A stretch of 25,589 bases of DNA from an archaeon. GTDB lineage: Archaea; Asgardarchaeota; Thorarchaeia; Thorarchaeales; Thorarchaeaceae. The notes under the pieces were generated by a model. The model was not told where the DNA came from and searched no databases. It saw only the letters and a program-made list of their open reading frames with translations. Shown piece after piece: positions 1 through 6,861 of this stretch. The stretch covers positions 1-25,589 of the forward strand of contig JAJRWI010000068.1 of NCBI GenBank assembly GCA_024276825.1, written 5' to 3'. The number at the start of each line of letters is the position of its first letter. The stretch's first letter is position 1. Both the position numbers and the translations under genes were made by a program.

Positions 1-714
1 AGCATCCTAATTGAGGACTATGAACAGCTTGTAAAACAATTTCATCTTCGTAAGTATGAAACAATGTTAATGTTTGCAGGTCGAATAGTTGAAACTCTCT
101 TTATTTGCCTTTCTCATCTCACAACAAATCCTGCAATCGATAGGCCATCATTGAATGTAATTGAAAAAGAACTGAAAAACCTACCTGAAAATGAGCATCC
201 ATCATCTATACGAATTGTTATTCCCTGCTTAGCAAAAGCCATTTACAAACTTCGAAGTCGTAGAAATGCAGTACATGTTAATTCTGTTTCACCAAATTAT
301 ATGGATGCGCTATTAGTACTCTCAGTGGTTCAGTGGATTCTAGCTGAATTAGTACGCGTATATTCAATGGATGATCCCCATTTGATTCTGAATACAATTA
401 ATGGACTAGTTAGTAGGAAAATGCCCCTTGTCGAGGAGATTGAAGGTGAACTTATAATCTTGGAACCTGATCTATCCGCACATGACTCGATTCTTCTTTT
501 ACTCTATTATCAATATCCCAATTACACGAACTTTAATGACCTTGTAAATTCACTATTTATGTTTACCAAGAATAATATCTCTACCTCATTAAAAAATGCC
601 ATCAAGGCACGATTAGCGTTCAGAAAAGAAGATAGAGTATATCTTACTGCTCGTGGTATCGAGTTTATTGAAACCAAATTCTCATCCATATTAGCAGGAG
701 GACTGACAGATTGA
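1..714 (+). CDS. Putative HEPN-like ribonuclease with C-terminal winged helix (5'-truncated by the window edge)
   Basis: Frame 1 is open from base 1 (SILIEDYEQLVKQFHLRKYET-MLMF...), so the ATG at 64 is probably internal. Helical N-domain has GRIVE and IYKLRSRRNAVH (R-x6-H / RNxxH, nt 253-276), the HEPN-type active-site motif. C-terminal ~70 aa (DSILLLLY...NISTSLK...VYLTARGIEFIE) fits a wHTH. Confidence 0.7.
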   Translation, partial: SILIEDYEQLVKQFHLRKYETMLMFAGRIVETLFICLSHLTTNPAIDRPSLNVIEKELKNLPENEHPSSIRIVIPCLAKAIYKLRSRRNAVHVNSVSPNYMDALLVLSVVQWILAELVRVYSMDDPHLILNTINGLVSRKMPLVEEIEGELIILEPDLSAHDSILLLLYYQYPNYTNFNDLVNSLFMFTKNNISTSLKNAIKARLAFRKEDRVYLTARGIEFIETKFSSILAGGLTD

Positions 715-1214
715 CGAACATCTCTGAGAAAAAATGTCTAATTTGTGGCAAAGCAATATCGTCTGACTCGGCATTTATCGAAGCTATATTAGATACAAAT
801 GAACGAGTAATAGCACACAAGTTCTGCGTTCTTGGAATGAAAGCTCTTCTAGAATTGATGGGATTTGACAATGAAAGTGATAGCTCAGAACTATTGAAGG
901 GAGTTGTTAAAAAGTATGAAGACAAATGGATACTATTACGTCGATCATTTCCAAATCAAAAAATCCCCATTCTAATATACTTCCAGCTTCATAAAGGCAA
1001 TCCAAAATCAATGCAAGATTTGAAAGATTGGCTACGAATAAACAAAATGAAATATTCAAACCCATCCGTTCCAGTGAAACGCCTAGTTGATGGTGGTTTT
1101 CTTGCAGTCTTAGTTAATGAGAATAACACGGATCAATACTTCATCACTGATGATGGGTCAAGAATGCTAACGAAGTATCTTCATAACAAATCAAATGGTG
1201 GCGATCCAAAATGA
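711..1214 (+). CDS. Zinc-finger (CxxC-x23-HxxC) plus winged-helix protein
   Basis: TTG start overlaps the upstream stop (TTGA, 711-714), with GGAGGA at 697-702. CLIC...AHKFC at residues 9-39. C-terminal NPSVPVKRLVDGGFL...YFITDDG is a wHTH pattern. Confidence 0.75.
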   Translation: MTNISEKKCLICGKAISSDSAFIEAILDTNERVIAHKFCVLGMKALLELMGFDNESDSSELLKGVVKKYEDKWILLRRSFPNQKIPILIYFQLHKGNPKSMQDLKDWLRINKMKYSNPSVPVKRLVDGGFLAVLVNENNTDQYFITDDGSRMLTKYLHNKSNGGDPK

Positions 1215-1621
1215 ATTATATAATGTGCTTTATTTGTCAATCACCAACTGCTGATGATGAATCCGTTTTGAGTATTACAACAAATGATGGCCATAAGATT
1301 CACGCCCATTATGATTGCATAGATGCATTACTAGGTCTGATGAAACAAGTTTCAACAAAAAAGCATGTCAGTGAATTAGTTCAACCTTCTGCTCCTAGTG
1401 CAAGTCAATTAATTGGAGAACTATTTCTACAGGGTTGGTTTTCTGAACTTCGGTCATTAAATGATGTGATATCCAAACTACAGCAAAGGGGATTTCATTT
1501 CGATAAATCAACAGTATCAAATGCTCTTAAAAGTTGTACAAAACGGAACATCTTGTCACGCAAAGGAACTCGTGGGGACTACAGATACATTCAGAAGAAG
1601 CCGCCATTGGCAAGGAATTGA
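1211..1621 (+). CDS. Zinc-finger (CxxC-x23-HxxC) plus winged-helix protein, N-domain paralogous to 711..1214
   Basis: ATGA overlap at 1211-1214. CFIC...AHYDC at residues 6-36. C-terminal GWFSELRSLNDVISKLQQRG...STVSNALKSCTKRNILSRKGTRGDYRY is a wHTH pattern. Confidence 0.75.
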   Translation: MNYIMCFICQSPTADDESVLSITTNDGHKIHAHYDCIDALLGLMKQVSTKKHVSELVQPSAPSASQLIGELFLQGWFSELRSLNDVISKLQQRGFHFDKSTVSNALKSCTKRNILSRKGTRGDYRYIQKKPPLARN

Positions 1622-3018
1622 CAAATATGTTGATAGGGAAATCATTAGATGGTGATGACATTAGGCTTTCAACAAAAGATGTTGCGACATCAGGAACTAC
1701 AATCCTTGCTATGCGTGGGGCAGGAAAAAGCTGGCTAGCAGGTGTTCTTGCTGAGCAAATGGCACTTGAGAAAATCCCATTTGCTATTATTGATCCCGAA
1801 GGGGAATATTGGACTCTGAGAGCTAATTTCTCAAACATTGTTGTAGTAGGCGGTGAACATGGCGATGTTCCATTAGATATCTCCATTGCAGAAACAATAG
1901 CACAAATTTCAATCGATGAACGTTTGGAGATTATTATTGATTTGAGCGATATGAGACGAAGGCAGCAATATGAGTTTCTAGAAAAGTTTTTGACATCCAT
2001 ATTTACCCGTGAAACTAAAGTACGAATTCCGTTTTGGGTTTGTCTTGAAGAGGCTGATTTATGGGTGCCACAAACTGGCAATCCCCTTTGTAAAATTGCA
2101 GTTCTGGACTTGTGTCAGAGGGGTCGTAAACGTGGCCTTGGATTCACTCTTGTAAGCCAACGACCTGCAGTTATTGATAAAACCGCATTAAGTCAAGCTG
2201 AATTCAGGTTCTTTAAGCGATTCAGTCAACCACATGATTTGCGTGCTGTCGCTGATTATCTCAGTCCACACGCTCATCTAACCAAGATTCTCCCATCTCT
2301 ATCAACACAAGAAGCCCTATTCTATGCGCCCACGATTAATGATAAACCACTTCAAATTGTTGTGGCTTCAAGAATTACCCCTCATGGAGGAACAACTCCA
2401 ACTGGTGTGAAAACTGTCAAACCCTCAACAACAACTCTTTTGATGAAACAAAAGCTTGAGAAGATTCTTGAGGAAAAGAGGAAAGAATTAGCTGAAATAC
2501 GCACCCAAGAATCCAAGATTAAAGCACTTCAGGAAAGGATTCATGCACTGGAAAAAGAACTGGAGAAAACAAGACTTGCTTCTGATGTTGCATCTATTCT
2601 TTCTAGAAGTACATCTAAAGACCAACGAGAAAAAGAATCCAGTCCACCTCCAAGTATGCAACATAAGGAAATAGATTCCAAGAACAATAAGGATTGTAAA
2701 ACTTCTGACACCCCTTTATTCACATTGCTTGATGAAATGATAGTCTTTAATAGATCCATTAAAATTAATCTACACACAGGACACGTGGTAGGTTCTGAAT
2801 TGGTAAATATGCTGCTGAACCGTTTAAATCCCAATGAACGCGTAATATTTCTAACATTAATGGTCCGTAATAGCAAGTTATCTGCAACTCAGCTTTCAAA
2901 AATAACTGGATGGAGTGCCAATAAAGTACGAAAAATCATCAAACAACTGATTCGAAAAGGTGTAGTAAAATCATATGGTCGCAGTAAAGGGGGCATATTA
3001 TATTTCATAAATATTTAA
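1618..3018 (+). CDS. HerA/FtsK-superfamily (DUF87-like) P-loop ATPase with coiled coil and C-terminal winged helix
   Basis: Walker A AMRGAGKS (1708-1731), IIDPEGEY, Walker B CLEEAD, and QRGRKRGLGFTLVSQRP (Arg-finger/sensor motif of HerA/FtsK). Heptad segment KQKLEKILEEKRKELAE...LEKELEK. Terminal LNPNERVIFLTL...SATQLSKITGWSANKVRKIIKQLIRKGVV wHTH. Start moved from 1534 to the in-frame TTG at 1618 (TTGA overlap, as for gene 2); ATG 1627 is an alternative. Confidence 0.88.
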   Translation: MTNMLIGKSLDGDDIRLSTKDVATSGTTILAMRGAGKSWLAGVLAEQMALEKIPFAIIDPEGEYWTLRANFSNIVVVGGEHGDVPLDISIAETIAQISIDERLEIIIDLSDMRRRQQYEFLEKFLTSIFTRETKVRIPFWVCLEEADLWVPQTGNPLCKIAVLDLCQRGRKRGLGFTLVSQRPAVIDKTALSQAEFRFFKRFSQPHDLRAVADYLSPHAHLTKILPSLSTQEALFYAPTINDKPLQIVVASRITPHGGTTPTGVKTVKPSTTTLLMKQKLEKILEEKRKELAEIRTQESKIKALQERIHALEKELEKTRLASDVASILSRSTSKDQREKESSPPPSMQHKEIDSKNNKDCKTSDTPLFTLLDEMIVFNRSIKINLHTGHVVGSELVNMLLNRLNPNERVIFLTLMVRNSKLSATQLSKITGWSANKVRKIIKQLIRKGVVKSYGRSKGGILYFINI

Positions 3019-3083
3019 TCGAAATATGGAACCAAACAATAATACGCTTGTTGTAATAATTTCATTCAAATTTAGGAACAAAT

Positions 3084-3326
3084 TTAGCCTCCCCCCACAG
3101 GCGGAAATACCACGACTAAGTCATTCTCCTCAAGGGATGCGCCATAATTAACTACACGTGTCCCATTGACCATCACTATCTTTGCAAGTTCCTCCTCAAT
3201 TCCAAGATTTTTCAGCACCCCTGAGATGGAATTATCATCAACATCTATGATGAACTCCTCTCCAATATCGGTGTTTTTGGGGGCATGGGCTCTCAGTGTT
3301 GCATAGAGCTTGACCCTGATCTTCAC
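3084..3326 (-). CDS. moaD: MoaD/ThiS-family sulfur carrier (ubiquitin-like beta-grasp)
   Basis: 80 aa, begins MKIRVKLYATLR, contains VNG and ends FPPVGGG. GTG start preceded by GAGGTGA. Lies downstream of aor, as commonly seen. Confidence 0.9.
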   Translation of the reverse strand: MKIRVKLYATLRAHAPKNTDIGEEFIIDVDDNSISGVLKNLGIEEELAKIVMVNGTRVVNYGASLEENDLVVVFPPVGGG

Positions 3327-3335
3327 ACTTTCACC

Positions 3336-3644
3336 TCAGTAGTAGTCAACATCAACATCATCACGAGTATAGCCATGGCCTTTGAGATGTTGTCCTCCAC
3401 ATAGGAGAACCATATTGAACGGAAACAGTGCTACTCTTGCACCTTCTCTCAACTCTGATTGTGGTCTTGTCAGTGTGCCATCAATAAAGCAATCACCTAG
3501 TTCATCCCTAGTGAGTCCCATTCGTCTAATGAACTCGGCAAATGTTTCACCCTTGACAAACTCAACCATCAGGATTGTGTCCTCACTGGCCTTGCTGCCT
3601 TTGACCATTGACCTGAGGGACCCATAGAGATGTACTTCTAACAT
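3336..3644 (-). CDS. MoaD/ThiS-like beta-grasp protein with internal CGG and an 18-aa C-terminal extension
   Basis: MLEVHLYGSLR...GET...FIDG...LREGARVALFP matches the MoaD fold pattern, then continues FNMVLLCGG-QHLKGHGYTRDDVDVDYY. Confidence 0.78.
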   Translation of the reverse strand: MLEVHLYGSLRSMVKGSKASEDTILMVEFVKGETFAEFIRRMGLTRDELGDCFIDGTLTRPQSELREGARVALFPFNMVLLCGGQHLKGHGYTRDDVDVDYY

Positions 3645-3689
3645 GAACTATCTATTGTTTACTGAATGAATTAATGTTGTCATCTAGTT

Positions 3690-3722
3690 AAAAAGAGAAA
3701 AAGAGTGATCAAACGATCACTC
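3690..3722 (-). terminator. Hairpin plus U-tract terminator after aor
   Basis: Minus strand reads GAGTGATC-GTTT-GATCACTC (perfect 8-bp stem, 3703-3722) followed by TTTTTCTCTTTTT, 14 nt after the aor stop. Confidence 0.75.
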
Positions 3723-3736
3723 GTCAACTCATTCTA

Positions 3737-5533
3737 TCACAGGTCCTTGTAGACCATGTCCAGTTCCTCATCAGTCACATCAAAAGTGACATTATGGGGC
3801 GGCAGTGGTTCGGTGTAGAAGAACTCTGGCAGTCTGTCATCGGCATTTGTGAAGCCTGCCTTGGCATTGAACTCGCGTTCTTTCTTTAGGACCGCCAGAC
3901 CGTACTCTGTGACATCAATGTCTTTGCCCAAGAATGCGTCCACTGAGCCCTTCATTCCAGCAAACCCGTCATCATTATCTAGGATGCAGAATGCTATGAA
4001 GAGGCAGTATCCACTAGAGTCGATATATGCAGTTGTTGACTGAAATGCACGAGAGAGTTCCGCCTTGTCAAGGGCCCTTGGATCTGTGACCTTTCCCTTA
4101 ACTCCCAGAATCTCTGCTGCTATAGTATAGCCTGAGGTGTGATCTGCACCCATTGTCGATGTTGCATAGGTGACTCCAATTCCTCGTATGGGTCTCGGAT
4201 CATATGCTGGAAGCGCCTGCCCTTTGACCACTGGAATCCTTGTGACACCCAATGCCTCGCCTGCGCTCTTTGTGCCTGAGCACACTAGGCGACCCTCAAT
4301 GCTCTTCTCATCATATGCCTTCTTGAGGAGTTCTATTGCTGCCTGCCCATCACCAAAGTCAATCACTCCGGCTTCCATGAACATTGCAATTGTGTTTCCT
4401 GTTTCAATGGTATCAAGTCCGAGATCATTGCAGAGCCTGTTCAACTCTGCGACATCTTGCAGTTTGTCAATCCCCAAATTGGTTCCTAGGGCCCATGCAG
4501 TCTCATATTCCAATGGGCCAACATGGTGCTTTCCAGTGTCTTCATATGGCACAACATTGGAACATCTCATCACACATGCAGGATGACATGCATGACCATA
4601 CCTCCCCTCTGCAGAATCACCAAACTTCTCTCTGGTCTTATCTACAATCTCATGGACTGCTTCACCTGATATTTTCGCGGCACCTTCAAACCTCCCCGAT
4701 TTGAAACCTCTAGTCGGAAGTCCACCTGCCTCGTTAATGATGTTCTGAAGAATGTTGGTTCCATAGTTTGCAAGACCTCCAAATGGCTTGCCCTTATCAT
4801 CCTTGAGCTTTCCTGTGACAGGATGCGCTCTGAGCGCCTCTCTCAGTTTGGTAATCGACTCAGTGAATTTGTCGGAATCCTTCGGTTCTGGTGCCTTTCC
4901 CTCTGAATCATCAGTGATTATCGTCACAATACGCTTTGATCCAAATACTGCCCCCAGACCTCCACGACCGGCGTATCTCCCTGGATCCGTGTTCTCAATG
5001 TTGTTTCCGAAGACTCCCGCAGCCTTGGAAAGTCTCTGTCCCGCAATACCGCAGCCAATGATGCCTGGCTTGTTCGGATAATCCTTCCATATCTTTGTTG
5101 TCAAGTCATAAAGACCTAGTCCGGCATATTCGTTCGTCACTTTGATCTCGCATTTGTCCTTACTAATGATGATACTATACCAATCGTTGCCCTTGGGCAT
5201 CCCTTCAATGACGATTCCCCTAATTCCCAATCGTCCTAATTTTGTGGCAGTCAGTCCTCCAGCATTGGCCTCCTTGATCCCCTCAGTAAGGGGAGATTTA
5301 GCCCCAACACTCAACCTTCCCGAAGAGGGTGCTTTAGTACCGGCGAGGAGTCCCGGCGAAATTACAATCTTATTCTTCTCTCGAAGAGGGTGACACTTTG
5401 GATCAACCTCTTCAGACACAATGGTGGATGTGAATGCACGACCCGCAAGGGTCTCCCATTTTGATGGTACCTCCTCCCATTTGTAACTGAGATCGTTCAT
5501 GTTTATTCTTAATATCTTAGCCATTTTACTCAC
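3737..5533 (-). CDS. aor: Tungsten-dependent aldehyde:ferredoxin oxidoreductase (AOR/WOR family)
   Basis: 598 aa with family motifs GRLSVGAKSPLTEGIKEANAGG, AGRGGLGAVFGSK, CHPACVMRC and GYCLF ([4Fe-4S] cysteines), EYET, LGLDTIETG, PAYDPR, GADH and DDRLPEFF. Confidence 0.95.
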   Translation of the reverse strand: MSKMAKILRINMNDLSYKWEEVPSKWETLAGRAFTSTIVSEEVDPKCHPLREKNKIVISPGLLAGTKAPSSGRLSVGAKSPLTEGIKEANAGGLTATKLGRLGIRGIVIEGMPKGNDWYSIIISKDKCEIKVTNEYAGLGLYDLTTKIWKDYPNKPGIIGCGIAGQRLSKAAGVFGNNIENTDPGRYAGRGGLGAVFGSKRIVTIITDDSEGKAPEPKDSDKFTESITKLREALRAHPVTGKLKDDKGKPFGGLANYGTNILQNIINEAGGLPTRGFKSGRFEGAAKISGEAVHEIVDKTREKFGDSAEGRYGHACHPACVMRCSNVVPYEDTGKHHVGPLEYETAWALGTNLGIDKLQDVAELNRLCNDLGLDTIETGNTIAMFMEAGVIDFGDGQAAIELLKKAYDEKSIEGRLVCSGTKSAGEALGVTRIPVVKGQALPAYDPRPIRGIGVTYATSTMGADHTSGYTIAAEILGVKGKVTDPRALDKAELSRAFQSTTAYIDSSGYCLFIAFCILDNDDGFAGMKGSVDAFLGKDIDVTEYGLAVLKKEREFNAKAGFTNADDRLPEFFYTEPLPPHNVTFDVTDEELDMVYKDL

Positions 5534-5557
5534 TATAGACTAATGTACTGCAGAACT

Positions 5558-5566
5558 TGTATATAT
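5558..5566 (-). promoter_or_regulatory. Probable TATA box of a leaderless aor transcript
   Basis: Minus strand ATATATACA ends about 25 nt upstream of the GTG at 5533; no obvious SD. Confidence 0.5.
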
Positions 5567-5568
5567 GC

Positions 5569-5613
5569 GATATGATTGCTCGATTCATATCGATATGAAT
5601 TGTGATGCATATC
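5569..5613. promoter_or_regulatory. Tandem palindromic operator(s) upstream of aor
   Basis: GATATG-N11-CATATC (5569-5591) abuts GATATG-N10-CATATC (5592-5613). The junction forms the perfect 18-bp palindrome ATTCATATCGATATGAAT (5583-5600). Confidence 0.65.
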
Positions 5614-5696
5614 ATGTGCTTTGACTCCGCGCTGCCTTTGAAGAGAATGGCCTTGCTGATTACTGTTCTTTCATAAGCGGGCTGCTTTGAAATGTG

Positions 5697-6116
5697 CTAG
5701 TCATCAAGAAATCTAGTGGGCACCATTGCAGCGGTTCTCACAAGTTCAGCAGCTGCCTTTGTTGCACGCATGACCTTGCCCATATCCCCGGTGAGTTTGA
5801 ACTTTCTTGCCATGATCCCCTTTATGGGATCTATCTTGCCTTGAAACAGCAGTTTCCAATTCTCATATGGTCCTGAATAAATGAACTCTGCGGTCTCGTC
5901 TGGTCTTGCCATATGAGCCTCCCTGCACTTGCCATGCCACAGATCAAGGTAGAACTTGATGGGTTCTTTAACGACTTTTCCATCAGCAGTGATCTCGAAG
6001 ATGAAGTCTCCTTCCCACCAAGAGGCAGCATCAGCATAAGCCTCATTCTGATTGAGTTTCTCCATGTATGCACTGATCCACTCATCCGAAGGGAACAGCA
6101 ACTTTTCCTCGCTCAT
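5697..6116 (-). CDS. SCP2 sterol/lipid-binding domain protein
   Basis: FPSDEW...LNQNEAYADAASWWEGDF, YLDLWHGKC, SGPYENWKLLFQGKIDPIKGIMARKFKLTGDM is the prokaryotic SCP2 pattern. AGGAG SD upstream. Confidence 0.88.
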   Translation of the reverse strand: MSEEKLLFPSDEWISAYMEKLNQNEAYADAASWWEGDFIFEITADGKVVKEPIKFYLDLWHGKCREAHMARPDETAEFIYSGPYENWKLLFQGKIDPIKGIMARKFKLTGDMGKVMRATKAAAELVRTAAMVPTRFLDD

Positions 6117-6203
6117 TGTTCTTATCTCCTGCTATCCTTATGACTACAATGATAGTCAAAAGCCTTCTGGATTTCTAAATCACTGCATTACCATTGATTG
6201 AAG

Positions 6204-6854
6204 TCAAAGTTTCATACGATAATCGCATAGATCAAGGTCCATGACTCGTGCTAACTCGACCTCTCTCTGAAAGCGACCTATCTCATTGGCTGAATGCGCG
6301 TCAGATCCTATGGTGAATTTGCAGCCCTGATCACGGGCGAGCTCGATAAAATCAAGATGCTTCACTTCATATCGCGAACTCAATTCAATGGCCACATTAT
6401 TCTTTGCAAGGGATCTTGCCACAAGTTCACCATAGGTGGGACTATATGACTGGAGGTATCCGTCAAAATGTCCCAAGATGTCGATGATTCCCAACTCGGC
6501 CGCTTTGGAGACCGCTTTCGCCCACTCATTTGAGTCAAGACAGAAATGAACGGACCCGATGATAATATCGAATTGATCATATCCTTCCTCGATGGGTGCG
6601 AGAGTCCCGTCGGGCATTATGTCGACCTCTGCACCATCAAGGATTCTCAATCCATACTCGTTTCTCATCTCATTTATTATGCCCCGTCGCCGTTCAATCA
6701 GTCCGCGTTCATCCTTACTGCCAAGTGAGGGCCAGAAATGATCCGTAATTGCTATCACATCTAATTTGATCTCATGTGCCCTCTTGACAATTCTTTCGAT
6801 AGTATCGTATCCATCGGAGAACTCAGAATGGACATGAAGGTCTTGTCTTATCAC
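6204..6854 (-). CDS. PHP-family phosphoesterase (YcdX/histidinol-phosphatase-like)
   Basis: DLHVHSEFSDG, AITDH, GAEVD, IGSVH, ILGH and GSDAH metal ligands. Start moved from 6902 to the GTG at 6854, 7 nt after the sufB stop. Confidence 0.88.
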   Translation of the reverse strand: MIRQDLHVHSEFSDGYDTIERIVKRAHEIKLDVIAITDHFWPSLGSKDERGLIERRRGIINEMRNEYGLRILDGAEVDIMPDGTLAPIEEGYDQFDIIIGSVHFCLDSNEWAKAVSKAAELGIIDILGHFDGYLQSYSPTYGELVARSLAKNNVAIELSSRYEVKHLDFIELARDQGCKFTIGSDAHSANEIGRFQREVELARVMDLDLCDYRMKL

Positions 6855-6861
6855 CTGATGT

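Larger units (their letters stand above)
1..3083. other. Low-GC accessory island (right end only)
   Basis: Hand-counted 60-mers at 1, 481, 961 and 2701 are 32-33% GC (one in the ATPase core, 2101, is 50%). Those at 4201, 7021, 12601 and 24001 are 45-57%. The shift falls at the 3' end of the convergent moaD-like gene. No integrase or transposase in view. Confidence 0.65.

Noticed and set aside
1527-2876. Antisense ORFs 1527..2081 and 2541..2876, and the many other 60-180-aa antisense or alternate-frame ORFs in the track (e.g. 4170..4586, 9026..9478, 12554..13093, 17048..17377, 20878..21183)
   Set aside because: They lie within well-supported genes, lack motifs and RBS, and have shadow-ORF composition.
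1-3018. Wadjet/SMC-kleisin-KITE, ESCRT-II, or housekeeping HerA-NurA interpretation of the island
   Set aside because: The ATPase has HerA/FtsK motifs, not a split ABC-type SMC head with long coils. No Toprim, Vps4/ESCRT-III, NurA, Mre11 or Rad50 is in view.
1-3083. Calling the island a mobile element or provirus
   Set aside because: No integrase, transposase, terminal repeats, replication or virion genes are visible; only composition supports foreign origin.
5620-5696. Possible SECIS or other ncRNA after the SCP2 gene (AUGA...AA, weak CAAAG(G)CA repeats)
   Set aside because: No GA partner for the kink-turn, weak pairing, and no in-frame TGA in neighbouring genes.
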